DNA from: Myxococcales bacterium
GTDB taxonomy: Bacteria > Myxococcota_A > Polyangia > Haliangiales > Haliangiaceae
Assembly (NCBI GenBank): GCA_016708565.1
Contig: JADJFN010000037.1
Coordinates: 64,001 to 128,000, forward strand
Direction of reading: 5' to 3'
Length of the DNA: 64,000 nucleotides
This document shows positions 26,401 to 35,718 of the stretch, piece after piece; position 1 is the first letter of the stretch; the number at the start of each line of letters is the position of its first letter. Both the position numbers and the translations under genes were made by a program. Below the pieces are notes generated by a model, which saw only the letters and a list, made by a program, of their open reading frames with translations, made no database searches and was not told where the DNA came from.

Positions 26401-28851
26401 ATGGCGTCCGGTTCGCGCACCGCGCTCGCCGCGGTGCTCATCGCATGCGCCGGCGGGGCGGTGGCCCCGGTCCGCGCCGACGTGCTCGACGACATCGGCA
26501 AGAAGCTGGTGACCGTCGAGGGCGAGGCCCGCGAGCTCGGCAGCGGCATCAAGAAGCCGACCGGCCAGCCCAAGAAGGACGACGTCATGTCGCGCCGGCT
26601 GATCGACGCCCAGGTGGCGTTCGGCGTCGGCAACTACGACAACGCCGCGCTCCTGCTCTACGACTACGTCGCGCAAGCGACGCGCGGCCGCGACTACGAC
26701 ACCGCGCTCTACTACCTCGGCGAGGCGCTGTTCCAGAAGAAGGACCGCGTCGCGTCGCGCACCTACTTCACCCAGCTGGTCAAGGAGCTGCCGTCGAGCA
26801 AGTACTACCAGCAGTCGCTCGAGCGGCTGATCGAGCTGTCGCTGATCCTCGGCGACACCGACGGCGTCGACGCGTGGCTGGCCGACCTCGATCGGGTGCC
26901 GTCCGACAAGCGGCGGCCGTCGGTGCCCTACGTCCGCGGCAAGTACGCGTTCGCGCAGAACGACTTCGCCGGCGCCGAGGGCTGGTTCAAGCAGGTCCCG
27001 GCCGACTCCGAGTACGGCTTCCAGGCCCAGTACTACCTGGGCACCGCGTACGTCGGCATGAGGGAGCTCGGCAAGGCCACCCAGGCCATGGCCGCGCTGC
27101 TCGATCGCGAGCCCAAGACCGACGACGACGCCCGGGTCAAGGAGCTGGCGCAGCTGGCGCTGGGCCGCCTGTACTACGAGCGCGATCAGCCGACCAAGGC
27201 CATCGACAGCTACCTGCTGCTCGACCGCAAGAGCGACCTGTTCCCCGACGCGCTCTACGAGGTCGCGTGGGTCTACGTGAAGTCGCAGCAGTACGACAAG
27301 GCGCTGCGCGCGCTCGAGCTGTTGGCGCTGGCCGACCCGACCTCGCAGCGGCTGCCGACGGTGCGCATCCTCGAGGGCAACCTACGCGTGCGCAAGGCCC
27401 AGGGCATCCACGAGAAGGTGCTGGCCGGCCTCGACACCGGCAGCGCCAGCGGCACCGAGGAGTACGACAAGGCGACCCGCCTGTTCGGCGAGACCCACGA
27501 GCTGTACGCGCCGCCCCACGACGAGCTGGCCAAGATCATCGCCGCCAACGAGGACCCGCAGGCGTTCCTGGCGCAGATCACCGGCCGCGCGTCGGAGACC
27601 TTCCACACCAACTCGACGATGCCGGAGATCGCCGCGGCGTGGATCCGCGACGAGCCCAACGTCAACCGGGTGATGACCGTCGAGACCGACCTCGGCGACA
27701 TCCAGGGCGAGATCAACGAGGCCGAGCGCACGATCCAGCGGCTCGACGCCGTGCTCGGCTCGGCCAACCGGGTCAACATCTTCCCGTCGCTGGCCACCAA
27801 GCGCTCGCGCTCGACCGAGCTGCTCGAGGACCTGCTCGGCATGCGCGAGAAGCTGGCCGACGAGGAGTACCGGCTGGCGCAGCAAGGCAACGCCAACGCC
27901 CAGCTGGCCGCGGTCGAGCCGCTGACCCAGCGCCGGCGCGCGCTCTTGACGCAGTGGAAGGCGATGCCCGACGCGGCGATCAGCTACGGCCAGCGCGTCG
28001 AGAAGGCCCAGGGCCAGTTCGACGACGTCGATCGCCAGCTGGCCGAGGTGCTGGTCACGATCGACACCACCCAGGCCACGGTCGTCGCGCTCGACAAGTT
28101 TGTCAAGGAGTCGGCCGAGCCGTCGGACCCCGCCGCCAAGAAGGCGTGGATCGCCCAGAAGCTCGAGGCGCAGAAGGTGATCGCCGAGCTCAACATCGAG
28201 ATGGCCGAGATGCACCAAGAGCTCGACGGCATCCGCCGCGAGGTCGTGCTGGGCCGCGACGAGGCCGGCAGCGGCGACGAGGTGTCGCTGCGCGCCCGGA
28301 CGCTGCGCGATCAGCTGCGCGCCGCCTACGCCGACGAGCACCGCGCGGTGGCGCGGCTGACGCTGGCCGACGCCAAGCGCGGCGGCAAGATCGGTGACCT
28401 GATCCGCCGCTCCGACGCGGCGATGGGGCAGCTCGACACCGTCAACGACACGATCGATCAGATCGTCGAGGTGGCGCTGACCGAGGTCCAGGACACGCTG
28501 ACCTACGAGAAGGCCGAGCTGGCGTCGTACCGCCGCGAGTTCTTGCTGTACGAGGCCGAGTCGCGCGCGCTCGGCGGCACCGTGCTCGGCAACGCGTTCC
28601 GCGACGTCAAGGCCAAGTTCTACGACGTGCTGGTGCGCTCCGACGTCGGCGTCGTCGACGTCGGCTGGTCGCAGAAGGAAGAGTCCGACGAGGATCTGTC
28701 GCGGCTCAACGTCGAGAAGCAGCGCGAGATCAAGCAGCTGCGCGACGAGTTCGCCGACCTGATCCGCGAGGCCAAGGAGGACGCGCCCGCGCCGGCCCCC
28801 GAGCCGGCCCCGCCGCCGCCCGATGGCGCCACGCCGGGAGGTCTGCCGTGA
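26401..28851 (+). CDS. periplasmic TPR plus coiled-coil protein
   Basis: 816-aa ORF. Signal MASGSRTALAAVLIACAGGAVAPVRA. Multiple TPR-like units (YYLGEALFQKKD, YYQQSLERLIEL, YYLGTAYVGMRE) then long coiled-coil. ATG 4 nt after the upstream stop. Confidence 0.75.
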   Translation: MASGSRTALAAVLIACAGGAVAPVRADVLDDIGKKLVTVEGEARELGSGIKKPTGQPKKDDVMSRRLIDAQVAFGVGNYDNAALLLYDYVAQATRGRDYDTALYYLGEALFQKKDRVASRTYFTQLVKELPSSKYYQQSLERLIELSLILGDTDGVDAWLADLDRVPSDKRRPSVPYVRGKYAFAQNDFAGAEGWFKQVPADSEYGFQAQYYLGTAYVGMRELGKATQAMAALLDREPKTDDDARVKELAQLALGRLYYERDQPTKAIDSYLLLDRKSDLFPDALYEVAWVYVKSQQYDKALRALELLALADPTSQRLPTVRILEGNLRVRKAQGIHEKVLAGLDTGSASGTEEYDKATRLFGETHELYAPPHDELAKIIAANEDPQAFLAQITGRASETFHTNSTMPEIAAAWIRDEPNVNRVMTVETDLGDIQGEINEAERTIQRLDAVLGSANRVNIFPSLATKRSRSTELLEDLLGMREKLADEEYRLAQQGNANAQLAAVEPLTQRRRALLTQWKAMPDAAISYGQRVEKAQGQFDDVDRQLAEVLVTIDTTQATVVALDKFVKESAEPSDPAAKKAWIAQKLEAQKVIAELNIEMAEMHQELDGIRREVVLGRDEAGSGDEVSLRARTLRDQLRAAYADEHRAVARLTLADAKRGGKIGDLIRRSDAAMGQLDTVNDTIDQIVEVALTEVQDTLTYEKAELASYRREFLLYEAESRALGGTVLGNAFRDVKAKFYDVLVRSDVGVVDVGWSQKEESDEDLSRLNVEKQREIKQLRDEFADLIREAKEDAPAPAPEPAPPPPDGATPGGLP

Positions 28852-31800
28852 TCCGCACTCGCCTCATCGCCGCGCTGCTCGGCGTCGCCGTCGCCGCCGG
28901 CCCCGTCGTCGCCCAGCCCGGCGCGCAGGGCCCGGGCAGCGGCCCCTGGAACCAGCCTGGCTCCGGCCCCGGTCTCGGCGTGCCGTCGGGCGCGGTCCCC
29001 ACGCCGCTCACCGACGCCGAGCGCGCCGCGCTCAAGGAGGTCGAAGCCGACTGGGGCCGCTACGTCGGCCAGGCCGACGAGCACCACCGCCGGCTGCGCG
29101 ATCAGCTGCTGCGCTCGTTCGACGAGAAGACCGCCGACCTCGAGGCCCGCTACGCCTCGCGCATCGCCGACGCGACCGCGACCAAGGCCGAGCGCCAGCG
29201 CTCGATCATCGCGCAGCTCGAGAAGTTCATCGCCGATCACCCCGACCATCCGCAGTTCACCCCGGACGCGATGTTCCGGCTGGCCGACCTGTACCTCGAC
29301 GTCGCCGACGAGGCGCTCGACCTGCTGACCGATCCCTCGGCCGAGCCGATCGCCGACTATTCGAAGTCGCTCGAGCTGTGGGAGCAGATCGTCACCCGGT
29401 TCCCCGACTACCGGCAGATGCCGTCGGTGCTGTACCTGCTGGCGTACTACGGCAAGACCAAGGACGAGCGCCGGTCGATGGTGCTGTTCCTGGCCCTGAC
29501 CTGCACCAACCACTTCAAGTGGAACGACGTGCCCACCGCGGCGCCGACCAAGGAGGAGGCGCTGGCGCGGATCGATCGGCCCGAGCTGACCGATCCCTAC
29601 GGCGACTGCCAGCCGTGGCCCGACGCCGACGTCGAGCTGGTCCGCCACGCCTGGGTGCGCGGCCTCGCCGACTACCACTTCACCGTCCCCGGCGAGCTCG
29701 ACGAGGCGATCAGCGCCTACAACAAGGTCGTCGGCACCGCCAAGGACTCGCCGCTCTACGCCGAGGCGCTCTACAAGCTGGCCTGGTCGTACTACAAGCG
29801 CGACAAGCTCATCGAGTCGATCCAGAAGTTCGACGAGTCGGTGAAGCTCTACGACGACATCGTCGCCAAGGGCGCGATCCCGACGCTCGAGCTGCGCGAG
29901 GAGTCGCTGCAGTACATCGCGATCGGCTTCACCGATCCGTGGAAGGGCGAGACCGACCCCGATCCGGTCAAGGCCTTCGACCGCGCGCGCGAGTTCTACA
30001 AGGGCCGCGAGAACGAGCCCCACGTCCGCGACGTGTGGGAGGCGATGGGCGGCGCGTTCATGGAGCTCCAGGCCTACGACCAGGCCGTCGACTCGTACCG
30101 CATCGCGATCGGGCCGCCGTGGGAGCTCAACGCGCGCAACCCGCTGGTGCACCAGGCGATCGTCGACGCCTTCGAGGCCAAGGGCGACAAGCTGGCCGCC
30201 GACGAGGCCGCCGCGCAGCTCGCCATCCGCTACGCGCCGGGCACGCCCTGGTACATCGCCAACGAGAAGGACCGCGAGGCGATGGAGAACCAGCGCCGCA
30301 TCGCGGAGCGCGCGCTGTACGCCTCGGCCCGCAACACCCACCTGGCCGCGACCAACCTGCGCAAGGAGTACGAGGCCGGCGGCAAGACCGAGCCGGCGCT
30401 GAAGGAGGAGTACCTCGCGCTCTACGCCTCGGCGGTCAAGCTGTACCAGACCTTCGTCAAGCAGTACCCCGAGAGCGACTACGCCTACGAGTTCACCTAC
30501 TACCAGGGCGAGGCGCTGTTCTACAGCGAGCGCTACATGGAGGCGGTCGAGCAGTACAAGTGGGTGCGCGACCACCGCGACCTGTCCGAGGCGTTCTTCC
30601 TCGACGCCGCCAAGAGCATCCTGGCCAGCTACGAGGCCGAGGTGGCCAAGCAGGTGGCGGCCGGCCAGCTGCCCGAGCTGCGGGTGCCGACCTCCGACGA
30701 GCTCAAGGCGCTGCCGCAGCCGCTGACGCCGATGTCGATCCCGGAGCTGTACCTGCAGCTGCAGGCGCAGTGGGACGACTACCAGAACGTCGTCAACGAC
30801 CCGGCGACCGCGCCGCAGCAGGGCATCAACGCCGCGCTGGTCAGCCTGGCGTACCTGCACATCGACGACGCGATCGCCCGCATGGACAAGGTCATGACCA
30901 AGTTCTGCGGCGTGCCCGAGGCGATCGCCGCCAAGGACGGCCTGCTCGCGCTGTACGAGGCGACCGGCCAGCTCGAGAAGTTCACCGAGGTGAACAACAA
31001 GTTCATCAGCCAGAAGTGCGGCGACGCCAAGGCGATCGAGGCGGCCAAGAGCCAGAACCGCTCGGTCGAGTTCATGAAGGCCGGCCAGCAGTACGCCGAC
31101 GGCAAGTTCCTCGAGGCCGCCGAGAGCTTCTACCGCTTCTACAAGATCGCCCCGGCCGCCGACGCCGACGGCCCGACCGCGCTCTACAACTCGGCCGCGG
31201 CCTACATGCAGGCCAACCGCCCCAAGACCGCGATCGCGCTGTTCAAGGAGTTCACCCAGAGCAAGGAGAAGAACTACCGGGAGAGCCCGTACTTCCTCGA
31301 GGCGATGCGCCTGACCGCGGCCAGCCAGCAGAGCGTCTTCGACTACGACGCGGCGATCGCCACCAACCTCGAGCTGTACGCGGTGGCCAAGGACGCCAAG
31401 AAGCGCGGCATCAAGCCGCCGCCGCCGCTGCCGGGCGAGGCGCAGCGCACCACCGATCAGATCGCGCTCGAGGCGCTGTACAACGCCGCGTTCCTGGCCG
31501 AGCTCAACCGCGACTTCAAGCGCGCGGTCGACCTGTTCGGCAAGTACGACAAGGAAGAGACCGACCGCGGCAAGAAGAGCGACGCCGCCTGGGAGGTCGT
31601 CATGATCTACAAGACCTCGGGCGACATCTCGAGCCTGATCGCCGCCGCCGATCGCTGGCGCCGGGGCTACGGCGCCGACGCCGGCAACGAGGACAAGTTC
31701 GTCCAGTCGTACTACGACACCGCGGGCCTGTGGCGGCGCAAGGGCAAGACCAAGGACGCCGAGGCGGCCGGCCGGCAGACCATGGACGCGTGGGTCACCC

Positions 31801-32348
31801 GCGGCAGCGTCAAGGGCGGCAAGGGCGCCAAGCTGGCCGGCGAGTGGGCGCTGTACTTCGCCGAGAGCTACTTCACCAAGACCTTCCAGCCGTACAAGAT
31901 CACCGAGGTGGCCAAGACCATCGATCGGTCCAAGGCGATCAAGGCCGCGCTCGAGAAGCTGACCCTCGAGGTCCAGGACAAGTACGTCGCGCTCGACGCC
32001 TACGGCGTGGCCGAGTACTCGATGGCGGCCAAGGTGCGCTTCGGTGAGAGCCTGTCGCAGTTCGCCGAGAAGCTGGCGCAGTCGCCGACGCCCAAGTACG
32101 TGCTCGACCTCGACAAGAAGAACCCCGACGCCGGCGCGGTCGCGGCCTACGAAGAAGGCCTGGCCCGCAACCTGGCCAAGTACGTCGACCAGGCCAAGGC
32201 GCAGTGGACCGAGGTGGTCAACCTCGCGAAGAAGAACGGCGTGTCCAACAAGTGGAGCCAGCTCGCGCTGGAGAACCTCAACCGCGAGTTCCCGGACGAG
32301 TTCCCGGTCCTGCACCAGGAGCTGTTCGACGGCACGGAGGCGCCATGA
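28848..32348 (+). CDS. large periplasmic TPR-repeat protein (GltD/AgmU-like by size and architecture)
   Basis: 1166-aa ORF. GTG start overlaps the upstream stop (GTGA). Signal MIRTRLIAALLGVAVAAGPVVAQ. Dense TPR-like helical repeats throughout. Confidence 0.75.
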   Translation: MIRTRLIAALLGVAVAAGPVVAQPGAQGPGSGPWNQPGSGPGLGVPSGAVPTPLTDAERAALKEVEADWGRYVGQADEHHRRLRDQLLRSFDEKTADLEARYASRIADATATKAERQRSIIAQLEKFIADHPDHPQFTPDAMFRLADLYLDVADEALDLLTDPSAEPIADYSKSLELWEQIVTRFPDYRQMPSVLYLLAYYGKTKDERRSMVLFLALTCTNHFKWNDVPTAAPTKEEALARIDRPELTDPYGDCQPWPDADVELVRHAWVRGLADYHFTVPGELDEAISAYNKVVGTAKDSPLYAEALYKLAWSYYKRDKLIESIQKFDESVKLYDDIVAKGAIPTLELREESLQYIAIGFTDPWKGETDPDPVKAFDRAREFYKGRENEPHVRDVWEAMGGAFMELQAYDQAVDSYRIAIGPPWELNARNPLVHQAIVDAFEAKGDKLAADEAAAQLAIRYAPGTPWYIANEKDREAMENQRRIAERALYASARNTHLAATNLRKEYEAGGKTEPALKEEYLALYASAVKLYQTFVKQYPESDYAYEFTYYQGEALFYSERYMEAVEQYKWVRDHRDLSEAFFLDAAKSILASYEAEVAKQVAAGQLPELRVPTSDELKALPQPLTPMSIPELYLQLQAQWDDYQNVVNDPATAPQQGINAALVSLAYLHIDDAIARMDKVMTKFCGVPEAIAAKDGLLALYEATGQLEKFTEVNNKFISQKCGDAKAIEAAKSQNRSVEFMKAGQQYADGKFLEAAESFYRFYKIAPAADADGPTALYNSAAAYMQANRPKTAIALFKEFTQSKEKNYRESPYFLEAMRLTAASQQSVFDYDAAIATNLELYAVAKDAKKRGIKPPPPLPGEAQRTTDQIALEALYNAAFLAELNRDFKRAVDLFGKYDKEETDRGKKSDAAWEVVMIYKTSGDISSLIAAADRWRRGYGADAGNEDKFVQSYYDTAGLWRRKGKTKDAEAAGRQTMDAWVTRGSVKGGKGAKLAGEWALYFAESYFTKTFQPYKITEVAKTIDRSKAIKAALEKLTLEVQDKYVALDAYGVAEYSMAAKVRFGESLSQFAEKLAQSPTPKYVLDLDKKNPDAGAVAAYEEGLARNLAKYVDQAKAQWTEVVNLAKKNGVSNKWSQLALENLNREFPDEFPVLHQELFDGTEAP

Positions 32349-33536
32349 GTTCGGTAGATCCTCGATCCCGCTCGCGCGTCGGTAGTGTCGTGCGTCGCCT
32401 CGGCACCATCGGCATGGCCCTCGCCCTCGCGGCGGCGGTGGCCTGTGGCGGCGGCAGCAAGAAGAAGCCGACCACGCCGGGCGCCGGCTCGGGGTCGGGC
32501 TCGACCGCCGATCCCGGCGGCATGAACGACACCGGCGACCCCACCGGCGACGGCGTCCCCACCACCGGCGGTGGCGGCGGGAGCGCGGGCGGCGGCGGCG
32601 ACACGGGCGGCGGCGGCGGCGGTGGCGACCTGGGTGGCGGTGGTGGCGACGGCGGCGACCCGGTCGCGGCCGGCGACCCCGAGCCGCCGCCGATCGTCCC
32701 GCCCAACCTCGACATCCCGCCCGACCAGGCCCGCACCGAGGTCGATCGCCACCTGCGGCAGGCCAAGGCGATGCTGGCCGCGGCCAAGCCCGACCCCGAC
32801 GGCGCGATCATCGAGGCCAAGGCGGCGCTGGCGGTCGACGGCACCAACGTCGACGCGCAGATCGCGATCGCCCACGCCTACTACCTCAAGCGGCTGACCG
32901 ACACCGCCGAGGTCATCCTCGACACGCTGTACAACAAGCGGCGCGCCGCGGTCGAGAACAACGCCTACCTGAACTACGTGTACGGGCTGGTCTACGACCG
33001 CAACAACGAGCCGGCCCGCGCGTTCGCCGCCTTCAAGAAGGCGGTCGCGCTCGACGGCAACTTCGCCAGCGCGCTGGTCAACCTCGGCGTCCACCAGCTC
33101 GAGCAACAAGCAGTACGGCGACGCGGTCGAGTCCTTCGAGCGGCTCACCGGCCAGCTCGGCCGCACCGACGCCGCCACCTGGTCGTCCCTCGGCTCGGCC
33201 TACCGCGGCCAGGCCGCCGACTACGATCCTGGCAGCGCCAACAAGAACCAGCTCCTGGGTCGGGCCGAGAACGCCTACAAGCGGGCGCTGGCCGCCAACC
33301 AGAGCTACGGCCCCGCGTACTACAACCTCGGGCTGCTCTACCTCGACGCCGATCCGTTCCCCGACGGCGGCGGCGCGATGGACACGCTGGTCCGCCTCAA
33401 CAAGGCCAAGACCTACTTCGAAGAGTACAAGAACATGGCCGGCGTCGACCTGGCGCTCTACGACGAGCGCCTGAAGGACGTCACCAAGCTGATCAAGCGC
33501 GAAGAGAAGAAGCGCAAGAAAGCCGGAGGTGGCTGA
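32345..33536 (+). pseudogene. TPR lipoprotein gene (GltE-like) interrupted by a +1 frameshift near 33104-33112
   Basis: Frame A: MSSVDPRSRSRVGSVVRRLGTIGMALALAAAVACGGGS (lipobox)...ASALVNLGVHQLEQ. It then degenerates into an R-rich read-through. Frame +1 continues as QYGDAVESFERLTGQLGRTDAATWSSLGSAYRGQ...YYNLGLLYLDADPF...KREEKKRKKAGGG*, which is TPR-like and ends at TGATG overlapping the next gene. The frameshift is either real or a sequencing indel. Confidence 0.55.
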
Positions 33537-33823
33537 TGCGTCCGACCCTCGCCCTGTTGCTGGTGGCGGCCCTGGCCGGGACCGCGGGCGCCGACCCGGC
33601 GGTCGCGTTCCACGTCGTCGACGACGGCGGCCACAAGAAGATCGTCATCGACACGCCGATCGACGTGAACGGGCGGGCGCCGCGGCCCGAGGTCGCGGTG
33701 CTGGGCGCGACCTTGCGCCCCGACTACGTGTGGCCGCTGGTCGAGCAGTCGATGCTCGACCTGGTGCTGGCCACCGTGCAGCGCGCGCCGTTCGTCGCGG
33801 CCCACGCCGGGGGCCGGCCGTGA
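33536..33823 (+). CDS. small secreted protein (paralog 1)
   Basis: MRPTLALLLVAALAGTAGA signal, then GHKKIVIDTPIDVNGRAPRPEVAVLGATLRPDYVWPLVEQSMLDLVLATVQRAPF. Start overlaps the upstream stop (TGATG). Confidence 0.55.
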   Translation: MRPTLALLLVAALAGTAGADPAVAFHVVDDGGHKKIVIDTPIDVNGRAPRPEVAVLGATLRPDYVWPLVEQSMLDLVLATVQRAPFVAAHAGGRP

Positions 33824-34119
33824 GGGCGGTCGCGCTGGTGGTCGCCGCGCTGGCGCTGGCCGCCCCGACGGCCGCGCGCGCCGAGGGCTGCGACGACCAG
33901 GACACCGAGAAGAAGAACGACGGGAAGAACTTCCACATCGAGTACCGCAACGGCCAGAAGGTCCACGTCATCGACACCGTCATCGCGGTGTGCGGCAAGG
34001 TCCCGCGGCCCAGCGTCGTCTACGTCTTGCAGGCCAAGAACATCAACTACGAGTGGGAGCATCTGAAGCAGGACTTCCTGCCGCTGATCCTCGCCTCGGT
34101 CACCAAGGCCCCCTTCTGA
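33820..34119 (+). CDS. small secreted protein (paralog 2)
   Basis: GTG start overlapping the upstream stop. VRAVALVVAALALAAPTAARA signal, then GQKVHVIDTVIAVCGKVPRPSVVYVLQAKNINYEWEHLKQDFLPLILASVTKAPF. Clearly homologous to the preceding ORF. Confidence 0.6.
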   Translation: MRAVALVVAALALAAPTAARAEGCDDQDTEKKNDGKNFHIEYRNGQKVHVIDTVIAVCGKVPRPSVVYVLQAKNINYEWEHLKQDFLPLILASVTKAPF

Positions 34120-35525
34120 TGGCGACCGCACCCAACGCCCACGGCCCGCGTCCGCGCATCCTGCGCATCGGCGTCCTGCTCGGCGGCAAGATCGTCGAGG
34201 AGCGGTTGATCCGCGACCGCGGCGACGTCACCGTCGGCCAGACGTCGAAGAACACCTTCTCGGTGCCGCTCGAGGGCCTGCCCCGCGAGTGGACGCTGTT
34301 CAAGGCCCACGAGGGGCGCTACACGCTCGACTTCACGGGGCAGATGGACGGCCGCCTGTCCGACGGCGACAAGGTCCAGACGCTGGCCGCGGCCCGCGAG
34401 GCCGGCGCCCGGCGGGTCGGCGAGCACTTCTCGCTGCCGCTCGGCGACCACGCGCGCGGCAAGGTGTCGCTGGGCGACCTGACGCTCCTGTTCCAGTTCG
34501 TCACCGAGCCGCCGCTGCAGCCCCGGCCGCTGTTGCCGCACTCGGTGCGCGGCACGCTGGCCGATCGCATCGACCCGCGGCTCGCGATCACGGTCGCCGC
34601 GTCGGTGGCGATCCACTTCGGCTTCATGATCGCGGCGTGGCAGTGGGATCCACCGGGCGACGGCGGCATCGCCTACCGCGCGGCCAAGCAGACGTTCGCC
34701 GAGGACTCGGTGCCGGTCGACTTCCAGGAGCCGGTGGCGGTGCCGGAGAAGGGCGACGAGAAGGGCGCCGAGACCAAGGGCGAGGACAAGCAGCCCGAGA
34801 AGGCGCCCGACAAGAAGCCGGCCGGCGACAAGAAGCCGGCCGGCGACAGCAAGCCGGCCGAGGCCGGCGGCGGCCGCAACGAGAACGACGCGGTCGCGCT
34901 GCAGGAGGAGTCGGCCCGCATGGCCGACGCGCTGTTCTCCGAGGACGAGGCCGGCGGCGGCCTGGCCGGCGCGATGGAGAACAAGAAGCCGGGCAGCGAC
35001 CTCGGCAACCAGCTGTCGGAGGTCGCCAAGAGCGGCGCGCAGACCGCGATCGGCAACACCGCCGGCCGCGGCACCCGCGGCAACGGCGACCCGCGCGTCG
35101 GCACCGGCACCGGCCCCGGCGTCACCGGCCCCGGCGGCCCGGTCAGCGCCACCGGCCCCGACGGCAAGGGCGAGAAGGTCCCGACCGGCCGCATCTCGGT
35201 GTCGGACAAGAAGACGTTCGACGACTCGACGCTGACCCCCGACGCCGTGCTGCGCAAGATCACCAGCGCGTACATGAGCGGCCTGAAGCGCTGCCACAAG
35301 GAGCTGCTGAAGACCGATCCCACCGCGCGCGGCAAGGTCAAGCTGGCGTTCACGGTCAACGAGAGCGGCCGCACCGTCAGCCCGCGCGTGAGCGGCTTCG
35401 CCGACAGCCTCGACTCGTGCATCGAGGGGCAGATGGGCAACTGGCGCTTCGACATCCCCAAGGACGGCGACGGCGAGCCGACCGACGCCAGCTTCGAGAT
35501 CGCGCTGCAGCTCGTCCCGGAGTGA
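34119..35525 (+). CDS. bitopic envelope protein: FHA-like cytoplasmic domain, one TM helix, Lys/Pro-rich linker, TonB-C-like periplasmic domain (GltG/AgmX-like)
   Basis: ATG overlaps the upstream stop (TGATG). N-terminal GDVTVGQTSKNTFSVPL...GRYTLDFTGQMDGRLSDG is FHA-like. TM helix AITVAASVAIHFGFMIAAW. Linker KKPAGDKKPAGDSKPAE. C-terminal KVKLAFTVNESGRTVSPRV...FEIALQLVPE is TonB-C-like. Confidence 0.65.
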   Translation: MATAPNAHGPRPRILRIGVLLGGKIVEERLIRDRGDVTVGQTSKNTFSVPLEGLPREWTLFKAHEGRYTLDFTGQMDGRLSDGDKVQTLAAAREAGARRVGEHFSLPLGDHARGKVSLGDLTLLFQFVTEPPLQPRPLLPHSVRGTLADRIDPRLAITVAASVAIHFGFMIAAWQWDPPGDGGIAYRAAKQTFAEDSVPVDFQEPVAVPEKGDEKGAETKGEDKQPEKAPDKKPAGDKKPAGDSKPAEAGGGRNENDAVALQEESARMADALFSEDEAGGGLAGAMENKKPGSDLGNQLSEVAKSGAQTAIGNTAGRGTRGNGDPRVGTGTGPGVTGPGGPVSATGPDGKGEKVPTGRISVSDKKTFDDSTLTPDAVLRKITSAYMSGLKRCHKELLKTDPTARGKVKLAFTVNESGRTVSPRVSGFADSLDSCIEGQMGNWRFDIPKDGDGEPTDASFEIALQLVPE

Positions 35526-35527
35526 GC

Positions 35528-35549
35528 CAGCTCGGGGTAGCCCGAGCTG
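35528..35549 (+). terminator. hairpin just after the operon's last stop codon
   Basis: cagctcggg-gtag-cccgagctg is a 9-bp perfect stem, followed by tgctcct. Confidence 0.45.
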
Positions 35550-35660
35550 TGCTCCTGACAACGGACGACGCGGGGCGGCGTAGTCGTTTGCGGGCGTCGC
35601 TCGCACACCGTCTCACTCCGAGATCATCGGAGCGTGCGGCAGAACATCGCAGCGCTGACG

Positions 35661-35694
35661 CGGTGGGGAGATCCGCGACGTGAATGGCGTACTC
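35661..35694 (+). promoter_or_regulatory. conserved promoter-like motif upstream of DUF4157 gene 1
   Basis: ggtggggagatccgcgacgtgaatggcgtactct. Aligns with 54029-54067 and 60713-60749 upstream of the two paralogs, sharing the (G)AGATCnGCG...GGCGTAnTnT core. Confidence 0.4.
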
Positions 35695-35718
35695 TGGTGA
35701 CACTGGGGGATCATCGCC

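Noticed and set aside
28620-32315. 1231-aa minus-strand ORF and 1074-aa plus-strand ORF 28823..32047
   Set aside because: Antisense and off-frame shadows of the genuine 1166-aa TPR gene (28848-32348). Composition is dominated by R/G/L/V/D repeats without motifs.
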